Shown: positions 19,329 to 29,710, numbered from the stretch's first letter. The stretch: DNA of 64,000 nucleotides from Candidatus Uhrbacteria bacterium (GCA_016844925.1 JAERTI010000056.1:6978-70977), one strand, 5' to 3'. Notes: generated by a model not told the origin, from the letters alone. Numbers and translations: made by a program.

Positions 19329-19378
19329 TGCTTGTCTGACACGAAGTGCATAAGGTATCATCCTCACGAAACCTATCT

Positions 19379-20377
19379 ATGAGACAAAAAGCCAACAAAA
19401 AATCACCAGAGGAACTGCGCGCAATTCTTGCCGCAGAGACGTTTAAGCGCACGTCGATTTCCTTTTACCGTTATGTGCACATTGAAGATCCAGACACACT
19501 AAGGGATAAACTTTACGACCTTTGGAAGGCCATGGGGGTCCTTGGTCGGATCTATGTGGCTAAGGAGGGGATTAATGCACAGCTGAACGTGCCTGAGCAT
19601 AATTTCGATGCATTCCGTGTTGCAGTGGATCTCTTTCCTGAGTTCAAAGATGTGCCATTTAAGGTGGGGCTTCATGAGGACGCCCCTTCATTTATCAAGC
19701 TGACGATTAAAGTACGAAAGTTTGTTTTGGCCGACGGTCTCGAACCAGGAGAATACGATGTAACGAATGTCGGAACGCATTTGAGCGCGCGTGAGTTTAA
19801 TGAGGCAATGGATGAGGGGGCGATTGTTGTAGACATGCGCAATAACTACGAGAGTGACATTGGTCATTTTGAAGGAGCGCTCTTGCCTGATGTAGAGACT
19901 TTTCGAGAAGAACTTCCTGTGGTCGGTGAAATGCTCAAAGGCTCTGAGGAGAAAAAGATTCTCTTGTATTGCACCGGTGGCATTCGTTGCGAGAAAACAA
20001 GCGCGTATTTGAAAGAGAAGGGGTTTCAAGATGTGAATCAGCTTCATGGGGGGATCATCGACTATAAACATCAGATTGATCGCGAAGGATTGGAATCGAA
20101 GTACAAAGGCAAGAATTATGTCTTTGATGGCCGCAGCGCTGAGCCTGTGACAGATGACGTGCTAGGAACGTGTTATCAGTGCAAGAGTCCTGCGGATACA
20201 CACGTGAACTGCGCGAATACAGTGTGTCACGTTCTGTTTATTCAGTGTGATGACTGTCAGGAGAACATGTCTGGTTCTTGTTCTGATGCTTGTAAGCAAA
20301 TTGCGGAACTCCCTGCTGAGCAGCAGAAACGAAAGCGTGCTGGGGTGAAAAGTGGAACAAAGATGGTAATGCGCTAA
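19379..20377 (+). CDS. trhO: tRNA uridine(34) hydroxylase (rhodanese, YceA family)
   Basis: GRIYVAKEGINA, DMRNNYE, YCTGGIRCEK, YVFDGR and a C-terminal Cys cluster. Confidence 0.93.
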   Translation: MRQKANKKSPEELRAILAAETFKRTSISFYRYVHIEDPDTLRDKLYDLWKAMGVLGRIYVAKEGINAQLNVPEHNFDAFRVAVDLFPEFKDVPFKVGLHEDAPSFIKLTIKVRKFVLADGLEPGEYDVTNVGTHLSAREFNEAMDEGAIVVDMRNNYESDIGHFEGALLPDVETFREELPVVGEMLKGSEEKKILLYCTGGIRCEKTSAYLKEKGFQDVNQLHGGIIDYKHQIDREGLESKYKGKNYVFDGRSAEPVTDDVLGTCYQCKSPADTHVNCANTVCHVLFIQCDDCQENMSGSCSDACKQIAELPAEQQKRKRAGVKSGTKMVMR

Positions 20378-20390
20378 GAACGCATGAATG

Positions 20391-20426
20391 AAAAAAAGAG
20401 ACTTGTGAGCAAGTCTCTTTTTGTTT
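20391..20426. terminator. Bidirectional intrinsic terminator
   Basis: AAAAAAAGAGACTTG-TGAG-CAAGTCTCTTTTT. Confidence 0.75.
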
Positions 20427-20432
20427 GAGTGT

Positions 20433-21566
20433 TTAGTCGAAGATGAGTTTTGCGACCCCTAAAGCGGTTCCATCGAAGGGATCTTGCTGGACGACTGGAA
20501 TCCCTGAGATTCGCTCCTGCACTTCTTTCATGATCCCGTCGCGAACGACACCCCCGTCGATGACGATCTCTGTAGGAGTGGTGGGAAGCCGCTTGATGTA
20601 CGCGTCCACCTCGTGGGCGATCTCCTCGATGACTCGTCGAAGTTTTCCATCGTCTTCAAGGGCGTCGTCAACCCGACGCCCACAGTCTGCCACCTTCGCC
20701 TCAAGCGCAAAGAGGGAACAGGCTTTTCCTGGCACGAGGGTGGTAAAGAACGGTTCATGTCGCTGGAAAGTATCGCCGATGACCTGTACCAAAAATGCCC
20801 CGGTACCGTAGGTCACTTTCGTTGTAAGTGCATCAGTGCCGGCAGCAAAGAGGCTGGCCTGTTGATCACCTGCGACAGCACGTACTGGAAGATTGGCGCC
20901 AACAACATCCTCTCGAAGCTCGCCGAACAGTGATTGTGATGGGAGAACATGTGGGAGGAGCGATTCGGGTACCTGGAAGATCTCTAGGAGCTCAGAGTCC
21001 CATGCGGCATCGCGGATATTGTAAAGAAGCGTTCGTGAAGCGTTTGTGCAGTCTGTGACGTGGGGTTGGTCTTTGCAGAGATTCCAGAGGATCCATGTGT
21101 CGACGGTGCCGAACAGGGCTGTCTCAGGAACAGAGACGTTGTCTAAAATCCAATGAATCTTTGATGCAGAAAAGTAGGAGTCACTCGTCAGGCCGGTTTT
21201 CTCGTTGATGGTCGCTTCGTGCTCCTGTTTGATCTGCTCGCAGTAAGCTTTTGTTCTTGCATCTTCCCACACGATAGCAGGGTAGACCGGTTCGCCGGTT
21301 ATCTTGTCCCAAATAATCGTCGTCTCACGCTGGTTGGTGATTCCCATGCCAACGATTCGATGAAGGTTGATACCGTCACATACTTCTCTTAAGAGTGTGC
21401 GACTTACCTCGAGGAGTTCCTGCGGATCTTGTTCCACCCAGCCCTCTTCAGGAAAGACCTTCCCGATTTTCTTGTAAACTTTTTTTACGATCTGGTTCTG
21501 CTCATCAAAAAGAAGTGCCTTGATGCCAGTTGTTCCAATATCTAGGACCAGTGAGAGTTTATCCAT
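20433..21566 (-). CDS. glpK: Glycerol kinase (FGGY family), short form
   Basis: LDIGTT, GWVEQDP, GITNQRETT, YFSASK, TDCTNASRT, GDQQA, KVTYGTG and DGG motifs; only 377 aa. Confidence 0.8.
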   Translation of the reverse strand: MDKLSLVLDIGTTGIKALLFDEQNQIVKKVYKKIGKVFPEEGWVEQDPQELLEVSRTLLREVCDGINLHRIVGMGITNQRETTIIWDKITGEPVYPAIVWEDARTKAYCEQIKQEHEATINEKTGLTSDSYFSASKIHWILDNVSVPETALFGTVDTWILWNLCKDQPHVTDCTNASRTLLYNIRDAAWDSELLEIFQVPESLLPHVLPSQSLFGELREDVVGANLPVRAVAGDQQASLFAAGTDALTTKVTYGTGAFLVQVIGDTFQRHEPFFTTLVPGKACSLFALEAKVADCGRRVDDALEDDGKLRRVIEEIAHEVDAYIKRLPTTPTEIVIDGGVVRDGIMKEVQERISGIPVVQQDPFDGTALGVAKLIFD

Positions 21567-22452
21567 AGATAGCAGATTCCAAGGTCTCTTTCAGGGGTTC
21601 GTTGTGTGTGATGATTCGGTGTAGGGCCATAAGTAGAGGGAAGGTGTCTCGCTCCTTGCCAAGCATTTCCACAACAATCGGCAGCGCACGGCACCCCTCT
21701 TTGTTGCGCTCACAATCAACACCCTGAGCGAGTTGGACGCCAAAAGTTCTGTGTCCCGAGTGCTCACTGAATCCTGTGGCGATGAAGTCTCCAAAGCCTG
21801 CAGGACCAAGGGTCGTTTTATGATCACCACCTAGTTGTTCAATAATATCTAGCATTTCACCCATGGCCTTGCTTGCTAGCCATCCCTTCATATTGTCGCC
21901 CCAGCCAAGACCATGCGCAGCTCCAAGACCCATGGCGTAGATGTTCTTCATGACACCACAAAGGGCCGCGCCGTGTGCGTCCGCCGTCGTTTCAAGGGCG
22001 ATGGAGGTATTCTTAAATAGTTCTGTGAGAGCCTCTCGTGCGTGCTCGCTGGCTGAAGCAGCTACAGCAACACCACCGGCACCTGCCTCAAGCTCTTCGC
22101 CCAAGAGTGGTCCACCGAGAATGGCAAACGGCTGCTCGGGTGGGAGGATGTTCGCGAGTACTTCGTTCATGGTCTGGTGAGAGTCTGTTTCGATGCTTTT
22201 GGCGAGAGAAACAATGACCGTGCCTGGGCTGAGTAGGGGAGCAATGTCCACGATGGCAGGTCGGATGGCGAACGATGGAATACAAAGAAAGAGAACATTC
22301 GCTTTGGGAACAATCGCCTCAAGTGGTTGCTGATCAGCAACACGTTCAGGATTTTTATCCCACATGTCGATCGAGACGTCTTTTTCTTTCAAGACAGTGG
22401 CTATGGCAGAGCCGATTTCACCGGCACCAAGAATGAGAACGTGTTGAGACAT
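21559..22452 (-). CDS. gpsA: NAD(P)H-dependent glycerol-3-phosphate dehydrogenase
   Basis: ILGAGEIG, GVMKNIYA, GDN and AGFGDFIAT motifs. Confidence 0.88.
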   Translation of the reverse strand: MSQHVLILGAGEIGSAIATVLKEKDVSIDMWDKNPERVADQQPLEAIVPKANVLFLCIPSFAIRPAIVDIAPLLSPGTVIVSLAKSIETDSHQTMNEVLANILPPEQPFAILGGPLLGEELEAGAGGVAVAASASEHAREALTELFKNTSIALETTADAHGAALCGVMKNIYAMGLGAAHGLGWGDNMKGWLASKAMGEMLDIIEQLGGDHKTTLGPAGFGDFIATGFSEHSGHRTFGVQLAQGVDCERNKEGCRALPIVVEMLGKERDTFPLLMALHRIITHNEPLKETLESAIYG

Positions 22453-22558
22453 AGGGCGTGTTCATTGAGTAGTATTCCAATTATACCAGCTCACTGTGGG
22501 GGATCTAGGGGGTTGGGGACTAGTAATATTCTGAGAATCTGGTATAACCTTGCATTCT

Positions 22559-24016
22559 ATGGCACAAGGAAATGTAGTCGTTCGATTTGATGACGTAACC
22601 TTTGGTTACACAAAGGAAAAGCCTAATCTAAAAGAGGCGAGTTTTTCTGTTCGTGAAGACGTGAAGTATACCCTCATGGGGCAAAATGGTGCAGGGAAAA
22701 GTACCATGTTCAAACTGATCACAGGGGAACTCCAGCCAGACAAAGGGAAGATTCACATCTCGCCAACGGCCTCTATTGCTACGGCCAAGCAGGTCATGGC
22801 ACGGGAGCATCTTACAGAGACGGTGCGTGAATACTTTGCTCATGCGTTTGAGGAGGTACCTTACAATCTCGACAAGCGTGTTCAAGACGCTCTTGAGGTG
22901 GTGAACTTCGCTGTTCCACTTGAGAAGATCGTCGGAGAGCTTTCGGGTGGGCAGCAGGCACGACTGCTCCTTGCGTATGCATTGATTCAAGAGCCAGACA
23001 TTCTTCTTCTTGATGAGCCAACGAACAATCTAGATCGAGACGGGATCGACTACCTGACAGCATTTCTCATCATGTACCCAAAGACGGTGCTTGTTATTTC
23101 TCACGACGCAGACTTTCTCAACAGCTTTACCGAAGGAGTGCTGCATCTGGATGTCTACACAGGAAAGGTTGATAAGTACGATGGAAACTATACAGACGTT
23201 GTTGAGGAGATTAAGGCTCGCGTTGAGCGTGATCGCGCACGGAACGCACAGCTGCTTAAAACCATCCAGGATCGTAAAGACAAGGTAAACTTTTTCTCCA
23301 ACAAGGGAGGAAAGATGCGTAAGCTTGCCAGTAAGTTGCGCGATGAGATTGCTGAGGCAGAAGCGAATATGGTTGGTGTGAAGCGAGATGACAAGACGAT
23401 CAACAACTTCACGATTCCAGCACAGCCATTTAAGGAGGCTATTGTAAAACTCGACGCGGTGAAGGTGATCTTGAATCACGAGCCGCATCGTGCGGAAGTA
23501 AACATTGAACTAAGGCGGAAGCAACACGTGCTTGTGAAGGGGCCCAATGGGATAGGGAAGAGTACGCTCCTTCGGACGCTTGCGGGTGGAACATCGCCTG
23601 AGGCAAAGATCGCTGAGGGGGTAAAGGTGGGTTACTATCGCCAAGACTTCTCAGGACTAGATTTTGACCAGACAGCCTACGAGTCACTCGCCTCGATGAT
23701 GGACATGCCTGACAACGAAGAGATTCGTCGTACAGGCGCGCAGTTCCTCTTAAATGGAGATGTGCTCGCGACAAAGGTCGGAGCGCTCTCAGAGGGGCAA
23801 AAAGGACTACTCTGCTTTGCGCGGTTTGTTCTTCAGCAGCCAGCATTACTCATTTTTGATGAGCCAACCAATCACATTAACTTTAGGCACCTTCCTGTTA
23901 TTGCAAAGGCGATCAATGCCTATGAGGGGTGTGTGCTGATGGTGAGCCACGCGGATGAGTTTGTTCAGCAAATTGAATTTGATAGCACCATCGATTTATC
24001 GAAGTTGATCAAATAG
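22559..24016 (+). CDS. ABC-F family ATP-binding protein
   Basis: Two ABC domains (GQNGAGKS/LSGGQ/LDEPTN and GPNGIGKS/LSEGQ/DEPTNH), no TM segments. Confidence 0.93.
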   Translation: MAQGNVVVRFDDVTFGYTKEKPNLKEASFSVREDVKYTLMGQNGAGKSTMFKLITGELQPDKGKIHISPTASIATAKQVMAREHLTETVREYFAHAFEEVPYNLDKRVQDALEVVNFAVPLEKIVGELSGGQQARLLLAYALIQEPDILLLDEPTNNLDRDGIDYLTAFLIMYPKTVLVISHDADFLNSFTEGVLHLDVYTGKVDKYDGNYTDVVEEIKARVERDRARNAQLLKTIQDRKDKVNFFSNKGGKMRKLASKLRDEIAEAEANMVGVKRDDKTINNFTIPAQPFKEAIVKLDAVKVILNHEPHRAEVNIELRRKQHVLVKGPNGIGKSTLLRTLAGGTSPEAKIAEGVKVGYYRQDFSGLDFDQTAYESLASMMDMPDNEEIRRTGAQFLLNGDVLATKVGALSEGQKGLLCFARFVLQQPALLIFDEPTNHINFRHLPVIAKAINAYEGCVLMVSHADEFVQQIEFDSTIDLSKLIK

Positions 24017-24019
24017 AAA

Positions 24020-24051
24020 TAAAATCACCCCTCGTAAGGGGTGATTTTTTA
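24020..24051. terminator. Bidirectional intrinsic terminator
   Basis: AAAATCACCCCT-CGTA-AGGGGTGATTTTT. Confidence 0.75.
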
Positions 24052-24057
24052 TTGGGG

Positions 24058-24471
24058 TTAGTACTGGAACCAGTTGGAAGGTTCCTGGCCGTCACCACCT
24101 GAGACGTTTTTCGGTGCCTGACGTGGGGATGGTGTTGTGTCACCGCCGAGTAACGTCAAGATCTGATCAAGTTTACGATTCATTTCAGCAACTTCCTCTT
24201 TCAGGCTAGGGCCTGCTGGTGCCTTGCTAAAAGACGGCCTGTTAGATGAACGCTGGAATGAGAGTCGTCCACGGGAAGGTGTTTTTCCAAATGAACCTTT
24301 TGTTTTGCGAAAACAATCGCTACACAATACAGGTTTCTTCCCGTTTGGTTTAAATGGAACGGTGCAGGGAGAGGCACAGTCGCTGCAGCGAGCCTTGTGA
24401 CTAGCTTTTGTCCCAATAAATCCACTTCTTCCTTTGTACGCACCTCGAGGTTCTCGTTTGAATTTATGCAT
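24058..24471 (-). CDS. CxxC-x17-CxxC domain protein
   Basis: CSDC...VPFKPNGKKPVLCSDCF motif. Confidence 0.85.
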   Translation of the reverse strand: MHKFKREPRGAYKGRSGFIGTKASHKARCSDCASPCTVPFKPNGKKPVLCSDCFRKTKGSFGKTPSRGRLSFQRSSNRPSFSKAPAGPSLKEEVAEMNRKLDQILTLLGGDTTPSPRQAPKNVSGGDGQEPSNWFQY

Positions 24472-24556
24472 AGTAACGATTCATGTCAGGTCGCGAAGAC
24501 TAATGGAATCTTTACTCTCTGTCAAGAATTTGTCTGAAGAAATGGCTCTGCAATAA

Positions 24557-25447
24557 CTAGTTTGTGGCTGAAAATGGGATAACATACGAACAACCGTTGC
24601 TTCCAGAGATCGTTGCATAGCCATCAATACTACTCTCACCGGTTGCGTAGAATTCATATTCTACGGGGAATGTGTCGTGCTCATAATCAAGGAGCAGATC
24701 ACCCTGACTGTCTACGGGGATGCCAGCGTCAACAGATGCTCCAGATTGTGCGTAAACATTTACGTTTTCTCCAGCAACGAGGTAGAGGCTCTGGTTTCCG
24801 ATTTGAGCGTGCATGTCACCCGTTGGCTCGCCGGTATCAAGGTCATATTCTGTTGTGAGCTCCATTGATGCTGGGAGATTAGGGAAGGAGGCAACATCAT
24901 CCCCGCAATCAGACTCTGCTTGTTCATGAGTGATGTTCCAGGAACCCTGTGTTAACGGGAACCACTCGTTGTCAGGTAGTTCGGCTTCCATCAGCTCCAT
25001 GTGAAAAGATTGCGTGCCTTGGTCATGGTGCACATACCCATCAATCACATCAGAGTCCACAGCAGTGAATTCAAAGTACGCTGTGGAACCACCTTGAGTT
25101 CTTGGAGTTGTCTGATAAGTGTAGGGGACAGAAAAGGAGCTGTTGTGAAAGAAGAGCTGTTGTCCATCTGCGTGCATGATGACGTAGTTGGCATCAGGAT
25201 CTGAGTAAACATAGGCAGAGCCCAGATTTCCGATATCTAACTTGAACGACCAGGTTCCAGAGAGAGGGACACCTGTAAGAGGGTCTAGATCACTAACGAT
25301 ATCTCCAGGGGAGATATCTGGACCATCGCCTACAGTGTAGGCGGCAAATGCACCGGCTGCGACAAGTATGGCTGCCGTGATAATAACGATAAGTCGGCGT
25401 CTGCTACGAGGGTGATGTTCTTCGGACATAGGATTAAGAAGAGTCAT
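24557..25447 (-). CDS. Membrane-anchored acidic hypothetical protein
   Basis: RRR followed by a TM anchor and a beta-rich acidic domain. Real start is 25447 or 25429; the ORF-track extension overlaps the csp gene. Confidence 0.7.
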   Translation of the reverse strand: MTLLNPMSEEHHPRSRRRLIVIITAAILVAAGAFAAYTVGDGPDISPGDIVSDLDPLTGVPLSGTWSFKLDIGNLGSAYVYSDPDANYVIMHADGQQLFFHNSSFSVPYTYQTTPRTQGGSTAYFEFTAVDSDVIDGYVHHDQGTQSFHMELMEAELPDNEWFPLTQGSWNITHEQAESDCGDDVASFPNLPASMELTTEYDLDTGEPTGDMHAQIGNQSLYLVAGENVNVYAQSGASVDAGIPVDSQGDLLLDYEHDTFPVEYEFYATGESSIDGYATISGSNGCSYVIPFSATN

Positions 25448-25516
25448 TAGTTGTGTGTGAGATGAACGGTACCAAGTACTCAGGAAATCACAAGTGGACT
25501 GATGGAATAGATAAAG

Positions 25517-25549
25517 CAAAACACCCGCTTGCGCGGGTGTTTTGTTTTT
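25517..25549. terminator. Intrinsic terminator after the csp gene
   Basis: AAAACACCCGC-TT-GCGCGGGTGTTTT. Confidence 0.65.
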
Positions 25550-25553
25550 GTGC

Positions 25554-25751
25554 TTAGGCGCGCTGTACGTTTGTAGCACGAGGTCCCTTGTCGGAATCCT
25601 CGGTCTCAAACGTGACAGTGTCACCCTCGCGGAGCTCGTCAAACATGACATCAACGAGAGCAGATGTGTGGAAGAACAAGTCCTTCTCCTCACCCTCAAC
25701 GCTGATGAAACCGAACCCCTTGTCAGTCAATCGTGCGATTGTACCAGTCAT
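25554..25751 (-). CDS. csp: Cold-shock protein
   Basis: KGFGFI (RNP1), DLFFH (RNP2) and KGPRATNV. Confidence 0.96.
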   Translation of the reverse strand: MTGTIARLTDKGFGFISVEGEEKDLFFHTSALVDVMFDELREGDTVTFETEDSDKGPRATNVQRA

Positions 25752-25839
25752 AGGTGTGTCTCATTGTGAATTATCCACAAATTCCGCCTCACGTGGGGAA
25801 TTCGTCGGAACTCCACTCTGAGTACGTTTTGCATGCGCA

Positions 25840-25868
25840 AGACTACACCAGAATCAGTTTTTTGTCAA
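25840..25868 (-). promoter_or_regulatory. Sigma70 promoter TTGACA-N17-TAGTCT of csp
   Basis: Canonical -35 and 17-nt spacer; implies a 5' UTR of about 80 nt. Confidence 0.6.
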
Positions 25869-25898
25869 GGTCTGATTGTTGGGCATCTTGAGTATGAA

Positions 25899-26291
25899 CT
25901 ATTCCAAGATCCCTCTCTTTTTCATCACCCCCTCTGTCTTTTTAATAATTTCGGCCAAAGAGTGTTCTGTTTTTACAAGATAGAGATCGATGCCGCACTG
26001 TTTGCACGCTTCTCGATCTTCTTCTTGAGCGAGAACGGTAAGAACAATAACAGGCGTGTCTTTAAGAGCTTCGTTTGCACGGATCTCTTTGAGAAAATCA
26101 AAGCCATCTTTGACTGGCATAATGAGATCCAGCAAGACAAGATCGGGTTTTTCAGATTGCAGTAATTTCAATCCTTCATCACCGTTTTCCGCTGTAAGCA
26201 TTTCGTACCCTGCTTTTTCAAAGCCGTACTTGTAAGTCTTTGTGTAGAATTCATCATCTTCGATGAGGAGGATTTTTTTCATACTAGGCAT
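25899..26291 (-). CDS. Single-domain response regulator
   Basis: ILLIEDD, DLVLLDLIMP and conserved Lys. Confidence 0.92.
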   Translation of the reverse strand: MPSMKKILLIEDDEFYTKTYKYGFEKAGYEMLTAENGDEGLKLLQSEKPDLVLLDLIMPVKDGFDFLKEIRANEALKDTPVIVLTVLAQEEDREACKQCGIDLYLVKTEHSLAEIIKKTEGVMKKRGILE

Positions 26292-27852
26292 TAGATTTTT
26301 TAGAAGCTACCGTTGGGAAGGAAAGGAAGAAGGTTGAACCTTTTCCTTCGCCCGGTGATTTGAACCAAAGTTGACCATTGAGTAATCGAACGATCATTTT
26401 TGATATGTAGAGTCCTAAGCCAGAACCACTGGCATAGACCTTTCGTGCATTATCTGCGCGGAAAAATCTTGTAAAGATTTCTTGTTGCTCGTGTTTGCTT
26501 ATGCCAATTCCATTATCTTTGATAGACAGAATAACAACTCCATCTACTTCCTCTAGAGAGATGTCGACTCTTGCACGTTGTTTACGTGAGTAATGAGCGG
26601 CGTTGGTTAAGAGATTTTGAATCACTTGCTCTGTAAGGTTTTTGTCGACACGAATTTGCGAAAGAGTCTCTGATGGTTTTTTGTAGTTGATCTTAATGCG
26701 TTTTTCTTCAAAAAGATGACTCAGTGCCCCGATAGTTTTTTCGACTAAAGACGGGAGGTCAACACGACGAAGTTGTAGATCAATTTTTCCGCCCTCAAGA
26801 CGAGAGATATCCAGCAGTTGGTCAATAAGACCGATCATACGTTCTGTTGAGACCTCGATGTCCGTTAAGAATTCTTGTTGGTGTGTGGTGAGGTGGTCTA
26901 TTCCTTCGCTCTTAAACGTTTCTAGGAGGAGTTTAATGCCTCCAATGGGGGTGCGGAGCTGATGAGAGGCAAGAGAGACAAATTCCGTCTTCATCATGTC
27001 AATTTGTTTCTCTTTTGTGATATCAACGGCAACCCCAATGAGTCCAATAGGTTTGTTGTTTTGTTTGAGAACAAAGTTATGCATCAGGGCTGGAAATGTT
27101 GAACCATCTTTTCTTTTGTGGACGATTTCACCTGAAAGATGACCCTTTTTGAGAAGTGTTTTATTAAAAGTCTCAACAGTAGTCAGTTCAGTTTCCGGGT
27201 GAAAGATTGATAAATGTTTTCCAATAAGTTCCTCTTTTTTGTATCCATGATCCTTCGCCCATGCATTGTTGACGTACGTAATATTCCCCTCGAGGTCGGC
27301 AAAGGCGATCTGTTGTGTGGATTGATCGATAACAAATTTATAACGATTGAGCTCGCCTTCGATTTTCTTTCTTTCGGTTATATCCTGTACATTTCCTATC
27401 GACCTCAGCGCTTTTCCGTTTTTATCGTATTCTGTATCACAACGTTCGTTCACGATACGAATACTGCCGTCGGGGCGAATAATTCGGTGCTCAATGTTAT
27501 AAGGCTGCCTTTTCTTAACAGAAGTCCAGTAAGCCTTATCCACTTTCTTTCTATCATCGGGATGCACTCTCTCTAAGAACGCTTCATAGGTTGCTGCAAA
27601 TTCTTGTGGCTTTAAACCAAAGATTCGATAGATTTCGTCAGTCCAGGTGAGTACGTTTTTTTCGATATCCAAGTGCCAACTTCCAAGATGGGCAATCTCT
27701 TGCGACTTGTTTAAGTTTCGCTCACTTTCTTCTAGTGCCTTTTTGGCTTTCTCGAGCTGGAAATACGCATCTCGAAGTAGGGAAACTTCAATTTCCAGAC
27801 CTTCAATCTTTTCGTGCAATTCGTCCACTTGTTTTTTTGTGTCTTTAGACAT
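26284..27852 (-). CDS. Cytoplasmic PAS-PAS sensor histidine kinase
   Basis: Two PAS/PAC domains (VHPDDR, DITERK), SHQLRTP H-box, and N, DNGIGI and GSGLGL boxes. Confidence 0.93.
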   Translation of the reverse strand: MSKDTKKQVDELHEKIEGLEIEVSLLRDAYFQLEKAKKALEESERNLNKSQEIAHLGSWHLDIEKNVLTWTDEIYRIFGLKPQEFAATYEAFLERVHPDDRKKVDKAYWTSVKKRQPYNIEHRIIRPDGSIRIVNERCDTEYDKNGKALRSIGNVQDITERKKIEGELNRYKFVIDQSTQQIAFADLEGNITYVNNAWAKDHGYKKEELIGKHLSIFHPETELTTVETFNKTLLKKGHLSGEIVHKRKDGSTFPALMHNFVLKQNNKPIGLIGVAVDITKEKQIDMMKTEFVSLASHQLRTPIGGIKLLLETFKSEGIDHLTTHQQEFLTDIEVSTERMIGLIDQLLDISRLEGGKIDLQLRRVDLPSLVEKTIGALSHLFEEKRIKINYKKPSETLSQIRVDKNLTEQVIQNLLTNAAHYSRKQRARVDISLEEVDGVVILSIKDNGIGISKHEQQEIFTRFFRADNARKVYASGSGLGLYISKMIVRLLNGQLWFKSPGEGKGSTFFLSFPTVASKKSNA

Positions 27853-27861
27853 GGGAGTGGA

Positions 27862-28236
27862 TTAGCTGGCAATAACCTTTTTGACTCGGGAGACTAATTC
27901 GTCGCGCTCAAATGGCTTGGTAATATAGTCCATAATACCATGCTGTTTGAGCTTATCGAGACGTTCATCGGAGATTTCAAGAACGGTCAAAAAGATGACT
28001 TTGTACTTCGGTTTGATCTTTGAGATTCGCGAAAACAAATCCCAACCAGACATATCAGGCATCATGATATCCAAAAGAAGAAGATCAAAATTGTTTACAT
28101 CAACTTCTTTCAGTGCCCGGTCGCCACTTGATACGCTGACAACTTCGTACCCTTCATTTTCTAAAATAGTCTTTACTACTTCCAATACGTCTCGCTCGTC
28201 ATCAACATGAAGGATTCGTTTTTTTGCTTTTGGCAT
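27862..28236 (-). CDS. Single-domain response regulator
   Basis: ILHVDD, LLDIMMP and YITKPF motifs. Confidence 0.93.
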   Translation of the reverse strand: MPKAKKRILHVDDERDVLEVVKTILENEGYEVVSVSSGDRALKEVDVNNFDLLLLDIMMPDMSGWDLFSRISKIKPKYKVIFLTVLEISDERLDKLKQHGIMDYITKPFERDELVSRVKKVIAS

Positions 28237-28249
28237 AGGATTACGCTCG

Positions 28250-29710
28250 TTATTTCGTTGGTTTATGTAAGTTCTTTTTTAATGGCAGTGTAAACGTAAA
28301 CGCACTTCCTTTGCCCAGACCAGCACTTTTTGCAGAAATCTTGCCACCATGAGACACGACAAAACCTTTGGCAATGGAAAGACCTAGACCAGTGCCACCG
28401 TACCTTCTTGTTATTTCGCTATCTGCTTGAAAGAAGGGGGTAAACAGTTTTTTCAAGGTTTTTTTATCCATACCGATACCCGTGTCAGTTACCGTTACTC
28501 GTACGTTGTTTTGTGTTCTACTTACATCAACATCAACACGACCGCCCTCAGGGGTAAATTTGACCGAGTTGTCCAGAAGATTGTGCATCACCTCGCTTAT
28601 GCGTTTGGTGTCGATGACGAGCAGAGGGAGGTTTTCGGCATGGCTTAAGGTAATGTCTATCTGTTTATTACGTGCGATTGATTGCATGTCATTAACGGCA
28701 TCTGAAATAATTTGACCCAAATCAGCCTCCTCAAGAATGAGCCTTATCTTTCTTGAACGAATTTTCGTGATAGAGAGTACATCCGAAACAAGATCGTTTA
28801 GATGATCACCATTTCGCGCAATCATTTCTATGGCATTTTTTTGTTTCTTATTCAGTTTTCCATAATCACCACCTAGAAGAAGCTGAGCTTGAGACTTGAT
28901 TGGAATAAGAGGGGTCTTAAGCTCATGTGTTGCCGTGTTTAGGAAGTCATCTTTAAGTTTGTTTAGTTCTTCTAATTTAGTAGCCATATCGTTAAAACTA
29001 GACGCAAGATGACCAATCTCATCCTTTGATTGTATATCGATCTTTGTATCAAGTTTTCCTTTCCCAAACTTCGTGACAGCCTTCTCAAGATTCAGAAGGG
29101 GTTTCACGATACTCCTTGAAACGATGACGGAAATTATGGTCGTAAGAACAAAAAAAGACAGTACGAGTAATAGCGTTAAGATCCTGTTTTGTTCGATGGC
29201 TGCTTGTGTCTGTTCGTAGGTTAACTCTTCCAATGATTGTGCAGCAGAAGAAACAGATTGCGATGTTATCAATAATTGAGAAATAATCCGTTCTTGCAGT
29301 GCCGTTACCAGTCCCAATGTTTCTGCTGAAGCTTGTTCTTCTGTGAGTGTTAATTCGTAGTGATAGTTTTCCACTTCTTTTTGAAAGAGATCGTCAAGGA
29401 GGAGATATTCAGCGCGAATATCTCTAACGAAATCTTGATTTCGATTATCTGTTCCGATTTTATTCAGTAGTAGGAGTCCCGAGTGATGACGTGTGTTCCA
29501 TTGTTCTAGTACACGGTCTTCTCGATGTAGGAGGTACTCATTTAACAGTAGGTTTAACTCAAAGACCGCTGTTTGAATATCAGATGCTAAGACATGTTCC
29601 TTTTCTTGGTCACTAATAATATTCGTTGTTGTAAAGACGGAAACATAAAGAAAGGAAATCAGAACAAGTGATACCAGAGTGTTGATGAAGAGTTTGTATT
29701 GGATCCTCAT
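28250..29710 (-). CDS. Membrane HAMP-domain sensor histidine kinase
   Basis: Two TM helices, HAMP (DEIGHLASSFN), THELKTP, DTGIGM and GGTGLGL. Confidence 0.93.
   Translation of the reverse strand: MRIQYKLFINTLVSLVLISFLYVSVFTTTNIISDQEKEHVLASDIQTAVFELNLLLNEYLLHREDRVLEQWNTRHHSGLLLLNKIGTDNRNQDFVRDIRAEYLLLDDLFQKEVENYHYELTLTEEQASAETLGLVTALQERIISQLLITSQSVSSAAQSLEELTYEQTQAAIEQNRILTLLLVLSFFVLTTIISVIVSRSIVKPLLNLEKAVTKFGKGKLDTKIDIQSKDEIGHLASSFNDMATKLEELNKLKDDFLNTATHELKTPLIPIKSQAQLLLGGDYGKLNKKQKNAIEMIARNGDHLNDLVSDVLSITKIRSRKIRLILEEADLGQIISDAVNDMQSIARNKQIDITLSHAENLPLLVIDTKRISEVMHNLLDNSVKFTPEGGRVDVDVSRTQNNVRVTVTDTGIGMDKKTLKKLFTPFFQADSEITRRYGGTGLGLSIAKGFVVSHGGKISAKSAGLGKGSAFTFTLPLKKNLHKPTK

Noticed and set aside
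25448-25699. Long N-terminal extension of ORF 24557..25699
   Set aside because: It overlaps csp in another frame and crosses its terminator; the real start is 25447 or 25429.
25752-25835. cspA-type thermosensor 5' UTR
   Set aside because: The UTR length is plausible, but I cannot support a specific structure or family match from the sequence alone.
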